A stretch of 64,000 nucleotides of DNA from Hemiscyllium ocellatum (taxonomy: Eukaryota). The position numbers were made by a program, and so were the translations under genes. Shown one piece after another: positions 37,501-51,339 of the stretch. Where the stretch lies: the NCBI RefSeq assembly GCF_020745735.1, contig NW_026867441.1, forward strand, positions 1-64,000. Reading direction: 5' to 3'. The first letter of the stretch is position 1. Each line of letters opens with the position of its first letter. The notes under the pieces are model-generated. The model was given only the letters and a program-made list of their open reading frames with translations, ran no database searches and was not told the DNA's origin.

Positions 37501-38891
37501 TGGACAGGTCGTGGCCACCACATTCTGGGAAAGATGTGATTGTTCTTAAGAGGGTGCAGAGATTTACCAGGATGCTGCCTGCAATAGAGAGTTAGTTATG
37601 AGGAAAGATTGGAAAGGTTGAGGTTGTTTTGCGTGGAGCAGTGAAGGTTGAGAAAGAACCTCATTGAGGGGTATAAGATTATTCAAGGCAGTGATATGGT
37701 GCGTAGGAAATAAAAGCATCAATAAAACAATTATTAATGTGATTCTCAGAGATGTGTCATTATTCTAGTCACAAACAACTATTTCCCAGTGATGGGGTCC
37801 ATCCTGCTGAATATTAGATACAGCTGGGCTTTGGAGAAATATTGGGCAGAATGGAGTGTAATGTGGGGGACAAAAATCACGAAGTTAGGACACAGCTACA
37901 GCAAGTGAATCCGGAGGCAGATAGAGTATTGGTGCTCCTTGTAAAGGGAATGCAATCTAAAAGCTGGGACATTTTACTGCAGCTGTACAGGGGTTAGGGT
38001 TAGGAGCTTGGTGTGGGCACATCTGGAGTATGGTGTCCAGTATCAGGCTCCTTATTGAAGAAAGGACAGGAGCTGCATTAGGTGTAGTTCAGTGATAGTT
38101 CCCTTGACTGATTCCAGGTACAGAGCGTTTGTCTTATGGGCAAAGGTCAAACAGGTTTGGAATCTGATCCCTGGAGTTTAGAAGAATGAGAGGGAATCTC
38201 ATTGAAATGCATAGAATTCTTAAGGGGAGTGACAGGGGAAATGCTGGATGTTTCCCTTCTTGGGAGAATAAGGGCAACACAGAAAATCACTGGGTAACCA
38301 CTAGGACAGGATCAGGAATACAGGAGGACCAGAAAGCTGAACTGTATCTATTTTAATGTAAGGAGCTTGACGAGTAAGGAGGTTGAACTGAGAGCATTGA
38401 CCAGCACGTGGGAATATTATATTGCTGCAATTGCTGAGACATGATTGAACAAAGATAGGACTGGCAGCTCAACATTCCAGGGTAGAGAAGTCTCAGGTGG
38501 GATAGAGGGAATGCAGGAGAGGTGGGTGTATTGCATTATTGATAAAGGAGACCATCACTGCTGGATTTAAGGAGCATTCCTTGGAAGGCTCTTCAAACGA
38601 GGCCATCTGGGTGAAGCTAAAAATACAAAAAGAATAATCACTTTGCTGGGATTGTACTATAGACCTCCCAATAGTCAGATGGAGAGAGAGGAGGAGATAT
38701 GTTGGTAAATCACAGACAGGTGTGAGAGGAATAGGGTTATGTTAGTAGGGAGTTTCAACTTCTCTAACATGAACTGGGATTGCCTTTGTGTGAATGGTGG
38801 AATGTTTAAAGTCCATCCAGGAGAGCTTTTGGTGCCAGTATGTAGATAGTCCCTCTAAACATGGGCAGTGCTGGACTCAATCCTAGGTAAT

Positions 38892-39243
38892 TTTTTTTTA
38901 GATTAGATTAGACTTACAGTGTGGAAACAGGCCCTTCGGCCCAACAAGTCCACACCGACCCGCCGAAGCGCAACCCACCCATACCCCTACATTTACCCCT
39001 TACCTAACACTACGGGCAATTTAGCTTGGCCAATTCACCTAACCCGCACATCTTTGGACTGTGGGAGGAAACCGGAGCACCCGGAGGAAACCCACGCAGA
39101 CACGGGGAGAACGTGCAAACTCCACACAGTCAGTCGCCTGAGTCGGGAATTGAACCCGGGTCTACAGGCGCTGTGAGGCAGCAGTGCTAACCACGCCTGT
39201 AGACCCGGGTTCAATTCCCGACTCAGGCGACTGACTGTGTGGA
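38892..39243 (-). mobile_element. Young SINE with 5' fold-back and GTAAT target-site duplication
   Basis: Near-identical to the 9979 copy. GTAAT at 38887-38891 and 39244-39248. Confidence 0.9.
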
Positions 39244-40149
39244 GTAATGAAACCAGTCAAATAGTTAAAGAGTCAGTGGGTGAGCATTTTGCAGATATTG
39301 AACATAAGTTCATAAGTTTTATAATTATTATGGAAAGGAATAAGGGTAGTGCAGAAAGGTAAGTGTTTAATGTGAGGCAAGGCCAATTTCAATGTCATGA
39401 GACAGGATCTGGCAAATACAGACTGGGAGCAGCTACTTACAGGTCAGTCTACATTTGGAAAGTGGGAAGCTTTTTAATGTGAGACAGTGAGAATTCAGGG
39501 CCAGCTCAGAAAGAAAGGCAAGGGCAGCAACTCCTGGGATCCTGGATGTCAAGGAGTATGGATAGTTTGGGAAAGGAAAAGAAGGAAAGCTTTGTCAGCG
39601 ACAGAGCATCAAAAACAAGGAAGCCCTTCAGGAGGAGAGAAAGTGTGGGGAGTAGCTTAAAAAAATAGGAGGGCAAAGTGGAGCCATGAAATATCTTTGG
39701 CAGCCTTAGCTCCTCACCCCAGAATGCTTAAGAAAAAGTGGCACTAGAAAGAATAGATGCACTTGTGGTCATCTTTCAGAATTCTAGACTCTGGAGCAGT
39801 TCCTATGGATTGGAGGGTGACTAACATAACCCCACTATTTAAGAAGGGAGGCAGAGACCGGTTAGCTTGACATCAGTAGAGGGAGAAATACTGGAGTCCA
39901 TTATAAAAGATGTGCAGCAAATTTTGTTGTAACCTGCACCTTATGAACTTGTATTCTTGACAAACCGGCAAAAGTTATATCCCTCAAATGCCACAAAGTT
40001 TAAGACATTAGTCTGTCCAATTATTATACATTTATAATGTATTAATTTCAATGTAAACATACTTGTTGTTTAATTGTATATCAACATAAAATACCAACAG
40101 TTGATTCAATTTCGAGTCAATTTCTCCTCAAACGCGGTGACCTGCCGCG

Positions 40150-40680
40150 ATGCCCGGGTAATCAGTTGAGAGTGTGAGTGAGAAGGATAGGGACAAAGTG
40201 GGCTATTCGAGATACAAAGCATTGCTGACCACAATCATCATCTAGTGGCCTGCAGGGTGTAGCTTGTCAGGAGCTGAACAAGAAAGAAAGATTCATTAAG
40301 CTGAACAAGAAAGTTTGCAATTAAAGATGCCCAAGTTAAGTACATAAGTCACATACTGAGAGCAAAAGGATTTGCCTGGATTCTGGAAAGGTAAGAGCGG
40401 TGGCAGTGATGTGGTGACTGACAGATGTGAAAACAGTGTAAGGGTTTGTTGGATTTATCAAATACGAAGTGTCAATTTCTAATTAGAGTGACAATCATGA
40501 TGCTAGCCAACTATTCCCATCCCAGCTGCTGGTATTATTGGACAACACAGATCTCAGAATGCAACACAAACAGAAACTGCTGAAGAAATGCAGTTGGTCT
40601 GCAGCATCTTCAGAGCATAAGCACACAATGATTTAGATGTAATAATAAGACCTCCTTAGACAAAAGAAATGAAGATGAAA
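40150..40680 (+). mobile_element. Decayed Gypsy RT/RNase H fragment
   Basis: V.YISHIL..KG-type RT C-terminal motif read by eye. Further Gypsy RT pieces at about 42770-42990 (IEHDVEV..PIKQNP) and 45380-45720 (WSSxVVLV.KP...RFCVD). Confidence 0.6.
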
Positions 40681-42219
40681 CATACTATACTGACAGAAAA
40701 CACAAATTCAAAAGATTTCAAAACTCATGGCAAATTAAAATCCTTTCTAATCTAACATTATTTCTTTCCAGTACTCAAATAACAGAGAGAAGGGGTCCAT
40801 TTCTCTATCATATCTTCCGGTTTAACTTAACTGTATTTTTCATTTCATTGCCTTTAAAGTTTGGCTGCCTTTTCCTTGATTAATACTTCGCTGGCCACAG
40901 GTGAAGTGCCAGAGTGGAGGATTGTCAATGTCGTTCCTTTGTCCAGGCTTGGGCTGACAAGTGATAAGTAACTTTCATATCATACAAATGCTAGACTCTG
41001 ACTGTCACCAATAAGAGACAATCTAACCAGTGTCCCTTGACATTCAGTGGTGTTACTATCAACGTGTCCCCCACTATCAACATCCTGGGAGTTGATAGCC
41101 AGCTGAAACTCACCAAATAAACACTGGCTACAAAAGCAGGTCAGAGGCTAAGAATACTGCAGCAAGTACCTCACCTCTTGTCTCCTGAAAGCCTGGCCAC
41201 AATCTACAAGGCACAAGTCAGGAATGTGAAGGAATACTCCCCACTTGCCTGGATGGGTGAAGCCCCCAACAACACTCAAGAAGCTGAACACCATTCAGGG
41301 CAAAGCAGCCGCTTGATAGGCACAGCATCCACATGTAACCATGCCCTCTACCACCGACATTCAGCAGCAGCAGTGTGCACTATCTACAAGATGCACTGCA
41401 GAAATTCACCAAAGATCCTCAGACAGCACCTTCCAAACACAACCATTTCCATCTGGAAGGACAAGGGCACCAGATATATGAGAACACCATTACCTTCAAG
41501 TTCCCCTCCAAGCCATCTTGACTTGAAAATGTATTGTGTCCCTTCACTGTTGCTGGCTCCAGATCCAGGAATTCCCTCCCTCATGGTGTTGTCTGTCAAC
41601 CCACAGCAGGTGTACTGCAGCAGTTCAAGAAGGCAGCTCACCAAAAGCCTTCTCAAGGGCAACTAGGGATGAACAATAAATGCTGGCCAGCCAACAATGC
41701 TGACATTCCATGAAATGAATACATTAAAAAAAACTTGTCAAGTTGTAGGTAAACCTCCACACATGATGAAAGCAGCATCCTTAAGTCCTCTCCCAGTTTT
41801 TGAGGAGCCATTCAGTCGTGTAGAGGTGTGTCCAGCACTGAGTGTAGCAGAAAGGGGATGAGAAAAAGTGTGAGAGCCAAAGAGAATTGGTCAGTTCCCA
41901 AAGTGAACTTCCTCCTGTGAGTTAAACAGACTCAGAGGCATTAGAGAATTCAGACACTGCATATTTGTATCTGGAAAAAGATTAACAGAGTTACAGAGGG
42001 AGATTGCTCAGAGAATACAAAGAAGTTTGTATGAGGAGTGGTTGAGGCCTGTACTCGGTCAGTACTCGATGGAGTTGAGAAGGATGAGTGGAAATCTCTG
42101 TGAAACATACAGTATACTGAGAGGCCTGGATAGAGTAGACATGGAGAAGATGTTTCCACTTGGCAGAGAGACTGGGACCTGAGGGCACAGCCTCAGAAGG
42201 GGCCATCCTTTGGAAGTGA

Positions 42220-42530
42220 GATTAGATTAGATTAGATTACTTACAGTGTGGAAACAGGCCCTTCGGCCCAACAAGTCCACACCGATCCACACCCATCCAT
42301 TCCCCTATATTTACCTCTTTACCTTACACTACGGGCAATTTAGCATGGCCAATTCACCTGGCCTGCACATCTTTGGACTGTGAGAGGAAACCGGAGCACC
42401 CGGAGAAAACCCACGCAGACACAGGGAGAATGTGCAAAATCCACACAGACAGTCACCTGAGTCAGGAATTGAACCCGGGTCTCTGGCGCTGTGAGGCAGC
42501 AGTGCTAACCACTGTGCCAACGTGCCGCCC
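42220..42530 (-). mobile_element. SINE (same family), full length, inserted in a CR1 3' region
   Basis: (GATTA)n tail and head ending ...GTGCCGCCC. Confidence 0.88.
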
Positions 42531-44271
42531 CTAATGATGAGGAGATTCTTCCTCCAGAGAGTTGTTAATCTGTGGATTGATCATTGCTGCAGAGTTCTGT
42601 GGAGGCCAAGTCATTGAGTGAATTTAAGACAGAGATAGATAGATTCTTGATTGGTAAACAAGTCAAGGATAACAGGAGGCAGGAGATTGGGGTTGACAAA
42701 CAAATCAACTATGATAGAATGGCAGAGTGTACTTGATAGGCTGAATGGCCACATTTTGCACTGATACATGGTCTTTAAAAGATACACTTGGATGCGCCAC
42801 ATTAATTGAACATGATGTGGAGGTAGATAATTCGGACCCAATAAAACAAAACCCATTTTGGTTAAACCCAGAGAAACTGGCCAAAGTAACAAAGGAAGCT
42901 CAATGTTTGTTGGAGAATCAATTGATTGATGGGTCAGAGTAATTGGAGTTCTCCCGTGTTGGAATTGAACAAATATCCCAATCATCTAAAACTCTGGATT
43001 TTTAAAAGGCTTTTAAAAATAAAGAGACAGCTGGGCTGAGCTCTTGGAAAACACAGAGACACGGAGATGGCTGCCTGGAACCATTGTTCTGCCTGGAATT
43101 CCAGTTCACACCTCAACCCTTAAAGAGACACCAACCAGAACTCATTCTCCAGACTGAACCTCACTTTTACACCTCAGCCTACTAACACAGACATTTTGGA
43201 ACCTGTACAGATACTGGACATTCAACACAATCAATACTTACTCACAGGGATATTGGGCATTCAATATCAATCAAGATACATTCACTAATACTCTTAACTG
43301 TCAGGAAGCCAACTGACCCCATAGAGAACACCAGAAACACATTGGCCAACACAGATCTGAGGGGAGATAACGGTGCACACAGTCTGTATAACAGCCAGCC
43401 CTAATCTGAGGGTGAGCCTTTTCAACAACAAGTTTCTGCAGGAACAGCTTCAGCAAGCCCCAACAAATAGCTTCAGAACCAAGAACCACAGACGCTGAAC
43501 AGAGAAGCTACATCCAAAAACCAAACCAAGAGCATCATTACAACAAAGGACACCCGAGGTCAGGAACACCAACCAAATGCTATCTGAGCATGAGCTTCCA
43601 GAGACATGCCTGTTCCGATCACATTGCCAGATACTTTCAAACCATCCGATTTATCTCTCAGCTCCCAGCCCACAGGTCTTATTCCCGATGAAGGGCTTAT
43701 GCTCAAAACATTGATTCTCCTACTCCTCGGATGCTCCTGACCTGCTGCGCTTTTCCAGCACAACACTCTCAATCCTGATCTCCAGCATCTGCCGTCCTCA
43801 CTTTCTCACAGACCTGTCCTGAGCCAAGAGAACTGACGGCAAGAACCTCACTAAAAGGGCACATTTTAAACGTGTATTTTCCTCAGTGCTGAGCTGAAAA
43901 TCCTGAGACCCCAAAGTTTCCCTCTGAGCTCGCAGGGAGGGGATGGTGGCTGGTGGCCGTGCATTGGGACCCAAGGGTAGGGAGCCTGATTAAAGTTTGT
44001 GTGACTCAAACTGTTTTGCTTCGAATAGTAGAAAGTGAGGACTGCAGATGTTGGAGGTCAGAGTCGGAAAGTGAGGCACTGGAAAAGTGCAGCAGGTCAG
44101 GCAGCATCCGGGGAGCAGGAGAATTGGGCAGAATGCCGTCATCAGGAATGTTGGGAAGGATGACTTGTGGAACATTTCTGGGACACATGCACCAAACAAC
44201 TCCACCATCCTGTGGCCGGACACTTCAAATCCCCCTCCTCCACTGCCAACTCCAAGCCACCCGAAGTATCA

Positions 44272-44750
44272 TCAGATTAGATTAGATTCCCGACAGTGTG
44301 GAAACAGGCCCTTCGTCCCAACATGTCCATACCAATCCTCTGAAGAGTAACCCACCCAGACTCATTCCCCTACCCTATATTTACCCCTGACTAATGCACA
44401 TAACACTATGAGCAATTTAGTATGGCCAATTCAGCTAACCTACACATTTTGATTAGATTAGGTTCCCTAGAAATTGGAAACAGGCCCTTTGACACAACCA
44501 GTTCATACCGACCCTCCGAAGAGTAACCCACAGAGACCCATTTCCCTCTGACTAATGTACCTAACACTGCGGGCCATATAGAATGGCCCATTCACCTGAG
44601 TTGCACATCTTTGGACTGTGCACACGGAGGAAACCTGGAGGAAACCCGGACATGAGGAGAATGTGCAACCTCCACACAGACAGTCGCCGAAGGCTGGAAT
44701 CGAACCTGGGTCCCTAGTGCTGTGAGGCAGCAGTGCTAACCACTGAGCTA
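44272..44750 (-). mobile_element. Composite of two SINE copies (3' fragment plus near-full copy)
   Basis: Two tail-plus-3'-domain units in tandem followed by a single head. Confidence 0.8.
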
Positions 44751-45165
44751 CTATGTCTGGAAGAAGAATGCCTCATTTTCCACCTTGGGACCCCCCCAAT
44801 CGCACAGCATCAATGTTGTTTTCACTAGTTCGTTATCTCCCCTCCCCCCACCCCCAACGAATATCCAATCCTCCAACTCGACACCACCCTCTTGAACTTT
44901 CAAATCTATCCATCATCCATCCCACCTGTCTGCTTCACCATTCCTTCTGAACTATCACTATCACCTCCCCCCACCTGTATCTACCTATCCCCTTCCCAGC
45001 TACTTTCCTCCACCCCCTGCCCCACCCTCCTATTGATCTCTCAGCCCCATTCCACTCCCCCAACCTTCCTGATGAAGAGCTGATGCTCGAAACATCGATT
45101 CTCCTGTCCCTCAGATGCTGCCTGACCTGCTGTGCTTTTCCAGGGCCACACTTTTCCACTCTAGC
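44745..45165 (+). mobile_element. Penelope-like 3' terminal fragment
   Basis: GAAGAATGCCTCATTTTCCACCTTGGGACC... and terminal CCTGATGAAGAGC...GAAAC motif. Confidence 0.75.
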
Positions 45166-45719
45166 CTCTAATAGTGTATAACCAGTGTTTAATTTGGTAG
45201 TGTACTTAATTTCTGTTCTCTGTATAATGGATACTGGTAATTTCACTGTTTATTACATTTACATTTGCTCCTGTATTATACTTACCTTTTGTATTGAATA
45301 AACCCAGAGATTCTTTTGCCCTGAAACACCCATCTACTGCCCTCTTCATTTGACATTTTTAAATAAATCCAGCGGCAGAAACAGGGATCTGGGGTTGATT
45401 CAAACCATCTAATAATCAGCAAATTACTGATCATAAATTAGACAGAGTACCCTGATTGAACTGTTAGAGTAATTGGAGTTCTCTTGTAGTGTTGGTTCTG
45501 AAACCAAATGTTTCAATTAGATTCTGTGTAGACAGTTGGAAAGTGAATGTACTCACAAAGATGGATTTGTACCCTATTCCCAGGCCAGGAGATTGCATTG
45601 ATAGGGTAGTAGTGTGTCATTCTTATCCAAAAGTGATTTGTTAAAAGTACCACTGACAACAAGAGCAAAGGAAATTTCTGCATTTGCTACATTCTGGATC
45701 TTTGTATACAATGGAAAAC

Positions 45720-48290
45720 TCAAATATATTCTAAACATTTTGGGATGACAGGGTATAGACTGATAGCAGCACTGAAGAAAACTAGTTTTATTAGGGAGAT
45801 GGTTTTGGAAAATTTATGGGATTAAATTCTGATAAATCCACAGGATCCAATAGTCTAAACCTCAGATTACTTCAGGAAATGCCCAGAATGTTTGGAAACA
45901 TTGATGTTCAATATTCTATACATTCTGGAATAATTCCCACTGACTGGAGAGTTGCTAATGTAACATCACTATTTAAAATGGGAGAGAGAGAGAAACTGGA
46001 CAACTTAGACCAATCAGCCTGAAAATACTCGAGTCTATTATGAAAGATTTAATCACTGAAAGACAGTGACAGGATTAGACAGAGTCAGCATGGTTTGTGG
46101 AAAGGGAAATCATGCTTAACAAATTGACTGGAATTGCTTAAGTATGCAAAGACCAAATTTGACAAGAAGGAGTCAATTGACATAGTATATTTGGAACTTT
46201 TACAAGGTTTTTAATAAGTCCCACAGAAGAGAGCATAAAAAATTAAGATTCATGGGACTGGGAGCAGTGTACTGACATGAATAGAGAACTGGTTGGCAGG
46301 CAGGAAACAAAGATTAAAAATAAACTGGAATTTTTCTGAAAGGGCCTGGATCCAGCTATTCACAATATTTGTTCATGGTTTAGATGAGGGAACTTCAGAG
46401 TAATATCTCCAGGTTTGCAGATGACACAAAGCTGAGTGGGAAGGGGAGCTGTGAGGAGGATGCAGAGATACCTCAGTGTGATATGGAGATGTTGAGTGAT
46501 GGCAGATGAAATACAATGAAGTTAAATATGAGGTTACCCAGTTTAGTACCAAAAAGTGGAAGGCAGATTATTATCTAAATGGTGATAGATTGGGAATGGG
46601 GAGGTGCAATAAGGCCTGGGTGTCTGTGTATACCAGTCCTGAAAGTCAGCGTGAAGGTGCAGCAGGCAGTGCAGAAGGTAACTGATAAGTTACCTTCATA
46701 GTGAGAGGATTTGAGTACAGGAACAGGGATATCTTGCTGTAATTGTACGGAGCCTTAGTGAGACCACACCTGGTATATTCAAACCAAAACTGGTTCAATG
46801 ACAGGGGACAGTGGGTGGAGGCAGAAAGTTGTTTATGTGACTGGGCCCAGTGTGCACTGGGATACCACAGGGTTCAGTGCTGGGTCCCTTATTGTTCAGG
46901 ATGTATTGAAACAATGAAGATGAGAATGTGAGAGGTGAGAGGTGGGGGTGAGTGGATGATGACTGAATTTGTAATGACATGAGGTTTGGCAGATGGTTGA
47001 CAGTGAGGAAGAAGGTCTTAGGTTACAGGAGGATCTAACTGGATTGGTCAGATGGGCAGGTCAGAGTCAGATAGAACTTACCCCCGATAAATGTGAGGTG
47101 ATGAACTTTGGAAGATGGAACAGATGAAGAAGATGTTTATGAAGTCAGATGTGATACTTGCCTTTATCACTTCAGGTATAGATTAGAAGACCAGGGATGA
47201 GATGTTGGAGAATACAGAAATTTGGTTAGGCCACAGCTGGAGTACTGTGTGCAGTTCTGGTCACCATGTGATCGGAAGGATGGGATTGTACTGGAGGGAG
47301 TGCAGAGAGTAGTCACCAGGATGTTGCTTGGGATGAAGCATTTCAGCGATGAAGAGAGGTTGGATAAACTCGGGTTGTTTTCTTTGAAGCAGAGAAGTTT
47401 GAAGGGGGACCTGATAGAGGTGTATAAGGGTATGAGGGGAATGAGCAGAATAAATAGAAAGTAGCTGTTCCCCTTACATGGAGTTGGCACACATTCACTG
47501 TGAAAGACAGGAGCTTTAGAGGGGATTTGAGGAGCAGGTTTTGACTCAGAGGGTGGTGGGGGTCTGGTTTGCATTGCCTGGGATGGTAGTTGAGGTGGAA
47601 AATCTCACAATCTTTAAAAAGTACTTGGATGAACTCTTGAAATATCGTAACATTTAAAGTTATGGGTCTTGTGTTGGAAAGTTGGATGAATGCAGGTTTA
47701 GTGTAGTTTGGCTGGTACAGGTTCAATGGGCCAAAGGGCCTATTCTATGATTGTATTGTGTGCAGTTTTGGTTTCCTTATGAGAGGAAGAATGTTCTGGC
47801 TGTGGAGAGAGGGCAGTGCAGGTTTACCAGACTGATTCCTGGGAGGACAGCACTTAGATCTGATGAGAAACTGGATCAGTTAGGATTATATTCACTAGAG
47901 GTTAGAAGATTGAGGGGAGTCACATTGAAAACTCTAAAATCCCTAACAGGAAAAGGCAGGATATTCTTGATGACTGGCGAGTCCAGAATCAAGGATTACA
48001 ATTTAAGGATACGGGAAAGGCCATTTAGAGCTGAGATGGAGAGAAAGATTTTTCATTCAGTGAGTGGGAAGCCTGTGGAAGTTTCTGTCACTGAAAGCAG
48101 TTGAACACAAATCAATAAATGTTTTCCAGAAAAAGCTATGCATAGTTCTTCGGAAGAAAGGGATCAAAGGTTACGGGGAGAAAGCAGGAACATACGACTG
48201 AGTTGGATGATCAGCCATGATCATATTGAAAATTGGAACAGGCTCGAAGGGCTGAATGGCCTACTCCTGTTTTTAGTTTCACTGTTTGAG
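45720..48290 (+). mobile_element. Decayed CR1 fragments
   Basis: DWRVANVTSLFK, VRPQLEYCVQFWSP, LGLYSLE. Confidence 0.8.
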
Positions 48291-48879
48291 AGACTGTTCA
48301 TCAATGTGGAAACATAATGAGTTAGAGAAAAGCATTTGCCTTTGGTCAGGAATTAATTTGGAGAAAGGAGACAGAGTGGAGGGATAACGTATGTGTCCTC
48401 CAATGAGCAAGATGTGAATAGTGGTGTCCCCAGGGATCTGTGCTGGGACCTCAGCTTCACACAATATTTCTCAGTGACTTGGATGAAGAAACAGAGAGTC
48501 ATCTATCCAAGATTGCTGACCACACTGAGTGAGGCAGTTAGGAGGAGGTTACAGAGATGGGGAGGGTGGAAGGACAAGGAGGGACTTCAGAACAAGGATG
48601 AGAATTTGAAAATCGAGGTGTTGTTGGACCGGGAGCCAATGTCGCTCAGGGAGGACGGTGGGGGATGGGGATGGGACTTGGTGCAAGTTCGGATACGGCA
48701 GCAGAGTTTGGGATGAGCTGAAGGTTACAGAGGGCAGTGGCTGTGATGTGGCCCAGGACAACATTAGAATGGTCATGTTTGGAGTCCCAAAGCAACGGCT
48801 GAGGTTTTCAGTGAGTGATCTCTGTGATTGGAAGGGTTTGTGGGGCTCAGATCAGCCTCAAAGATGAGGCCAGAATTGG

Positions 48880-50205
48880 GAGGAATCTGATACTAAATAA
48901 AAGCTGAAAAAGCTGTGTTTGTTGTAAATGAGGAACAAAAACTGAAATTGCTGGAAAGGCTCAGCAGGTCTGGCACCATCTGTGGAGAGAAAGCAGACCA
49001 GTTCCATCATAGAACACACCAGATGGCCTCTTTCTTTAGAGAACGCAATTTCCCTTCCCACGTGGTTAAAGATGCCCTCCAACGCAATTCGTCCACATCC
49101 CACACCTCCACCCTCAGACCCAACCCCTCCAACTGTAACAAGGACAGAACGCCCCTGGTGCTCACCTTCCACCCTACAAGCCTTCGCATAAACCAAATCA
49201 TCCGCCGACATCTCTGCCACCTCCAAAAGGACCCCACCACCGGGGATATATTTCCCTCCCCACCACTTTCCGCCTTCCGCAAAGACCATTCCCTCCGTGA
49301 CTTGCTGGTCAGGTCCACGCCTTCCTACAACCCACCCTCCCATCCTGGCACTTTCCCCTGCCACTGCAGGAACTGTAAAACCTGTGCCCACACCTCCTCA
49401 CTCACGTCTATCCAAGGACCTAAAGGAGCATTCCACATCCATCAAAGTTTTACCTGCACATCCACCAATATCATTTATTGTATCTGTTGCTACCGATGCG
49501 GTCTCCTCTACATTGGGGAGACTGGGCGCCTCCTAGCAGAGCACTTTAGGGAACATCTCTGGGATACCCGCACCAATCAACCACACCACCCTGTGGCCTA
49601 ACATTTCAACTCCCCCTCCCACTCTGCTGAGGACATGGAGGTCCTGGGCCTCCTTCACCGCCACTCCCTCACCACCAGACGCCTGGAGGAAGAACGCCTC
49701 ATCTTACACCTCGGAACACTTCAACCCCAGGGCATCAATGTGGACTTCAGCAGTTTCCTCATTTTCCCTTCCCCACCTCATCCTAGTCCCTAACTTCCAG
49801 CTGTCCCCATGACTTGTCCGGACTTACCCTACCTGCCTGTCTCCTTTTCCACCTATCCACTCCACCCTCTCCTCCCTGACCTATCACCTTCATCCCCTCC
49901 CACACTCACCCATTGTACTCTATGCTACTTTCTCCCCACCCCCACCCTCCTCTAACTTATCTCTCCACGCTTCAGGCTCACTGCCTTTATTCCTTATTAA
50001 GGGGTCTTGCCCGAAACGTCGATTTCGCTGCACTTTGGAAGCTGCCTGGACTGCTGTGCTCTTCCAGCACCACTAATCCAGTTAACATTTTGAGACAAGT
50101 GAACCTTCTTCAGAACTGTTCTGAGCAAAGGTCACACCACTCGAAATGTTAACGTTGATTTCTTTCCCCAGATGCCGCCAGGCCTGCTGAGGTATTCTGT
50201 TTTTG
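48880..50205 (+). mobile_element. Penelope-like element, second family (GIY-YIG), with inverted terminal repeat pieces
   Basis: ORF 48915-49601: IIYCICCYRCGLLYIGETGRLLAEHFREHL. Interrupts an L2 fragment that is uninterrupted in modules A and B. Confidence 0.88.
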
Positions 50206-50305
50206 TGAAGAGTCTGGTTGAGCAGCAGACAGTGCTCAGAGAGAGGGATGGAGGTTGTACTGGGAGCTGAAGAGGATGGCTTTGATCTTCCCAATGTGTT
50301 TCCCA

Positions 50306-50550
50306 GTGAGCCTGGCTCCTCAGTCCTGACTGCTCTTAGCTGCTGTGATTGTCACTGATTAGACACTTATTATTAGAGATTCTGACCACAGCAGAAAGCC
50401 CCAGTGTAAAAAATAACTGCAAAGGCTGTCAGAGCATAAGGTTGAAACTTCACCGAGAGAGGAAGTGAAAGAAGGAGCTCGGAGCAGCTGGATGTTTGTT
50501 ATTGTGATGGGGGAAAACTGTGAACCATCTGCACTCCCTGGAATCTGACA
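50306..50550 (+). promoter_or_regulatory. Candidate lymphoid enhancer block, copy C
   Basis: ACCACA 50385-50390, GAGGAAGTGAAA 50459-50470, CAGCTG 50485-50490. Confidence 0.5.
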
Positions 50551-51339
50551 GCGCATGAGAACATTAAAACCAGGAGCAGGAGCAGGCTATCTGGCCTCTT
50601 GGGCTGCTCTGCCATTCTGTAAGATCATGGCTGATCTTTTCATGGCCTCAGCTCCCCCTACCCACCTTTTCACCAAAACCCTTGATTAATTTACTGTTCA
50701 AAACATTACCTGTCTTAGCTTTAAAAACATTTACTGAGGAAACCTCAACCACTTCGCTGGGCAGGGAATTCCATAGATTCACCACCCTCTGGGTGAAGAA
50801 GTTCCTTCTCAATTCAGTCCTAAATCTGCACCCCCTAGCACACGAGGAGACCATTCAGCCCATCATGTCTGTGAGTGATCCAATTAATCCCACTGCCCCT
50901 CCCTCTCCCCATAACCCAGTAAATCTTTCCTTTTCAGCTCGATCTCTAGTTGCCTCTTGTAGAGCAGCAGAGCCTGTCCCTAACCTGGGCTCCAAATTGG
51001 CATCTCATCCATTCACCGGGAGACAAACTGCCTGGGCTGGGAAATGGATCAGGACCCTGAACATTCTCTCTCCCCTCCTGAGGGACACTTGATGATGAGG
51101 GATAGTTCCAAGGAGCCCTACAGTACACACTTCCCCATTCTGAGTGTAAAAGGCTGGAGCATGCCAGCAGGATATTCAACTGCAGGAGCTATCATCTGTT
51201 TGATCAATTCTGACTACCCCCATTCTCCATAACCCTTCTAATCATTATTGATGGACAATCTCCTCCTTGGTGTGAGACAGGGAAGGGACTAGTCTGTTGC
51301 AGACAATTTGAAATTTACACAGCAAAGGTTGAAGAAGAT

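Noticed and set aside
48915-49601. 228-aa ORF as a host gene
   Set aside because: GIY-YIG Penelope fragment with no RT domain, inserted into an L2 piece.
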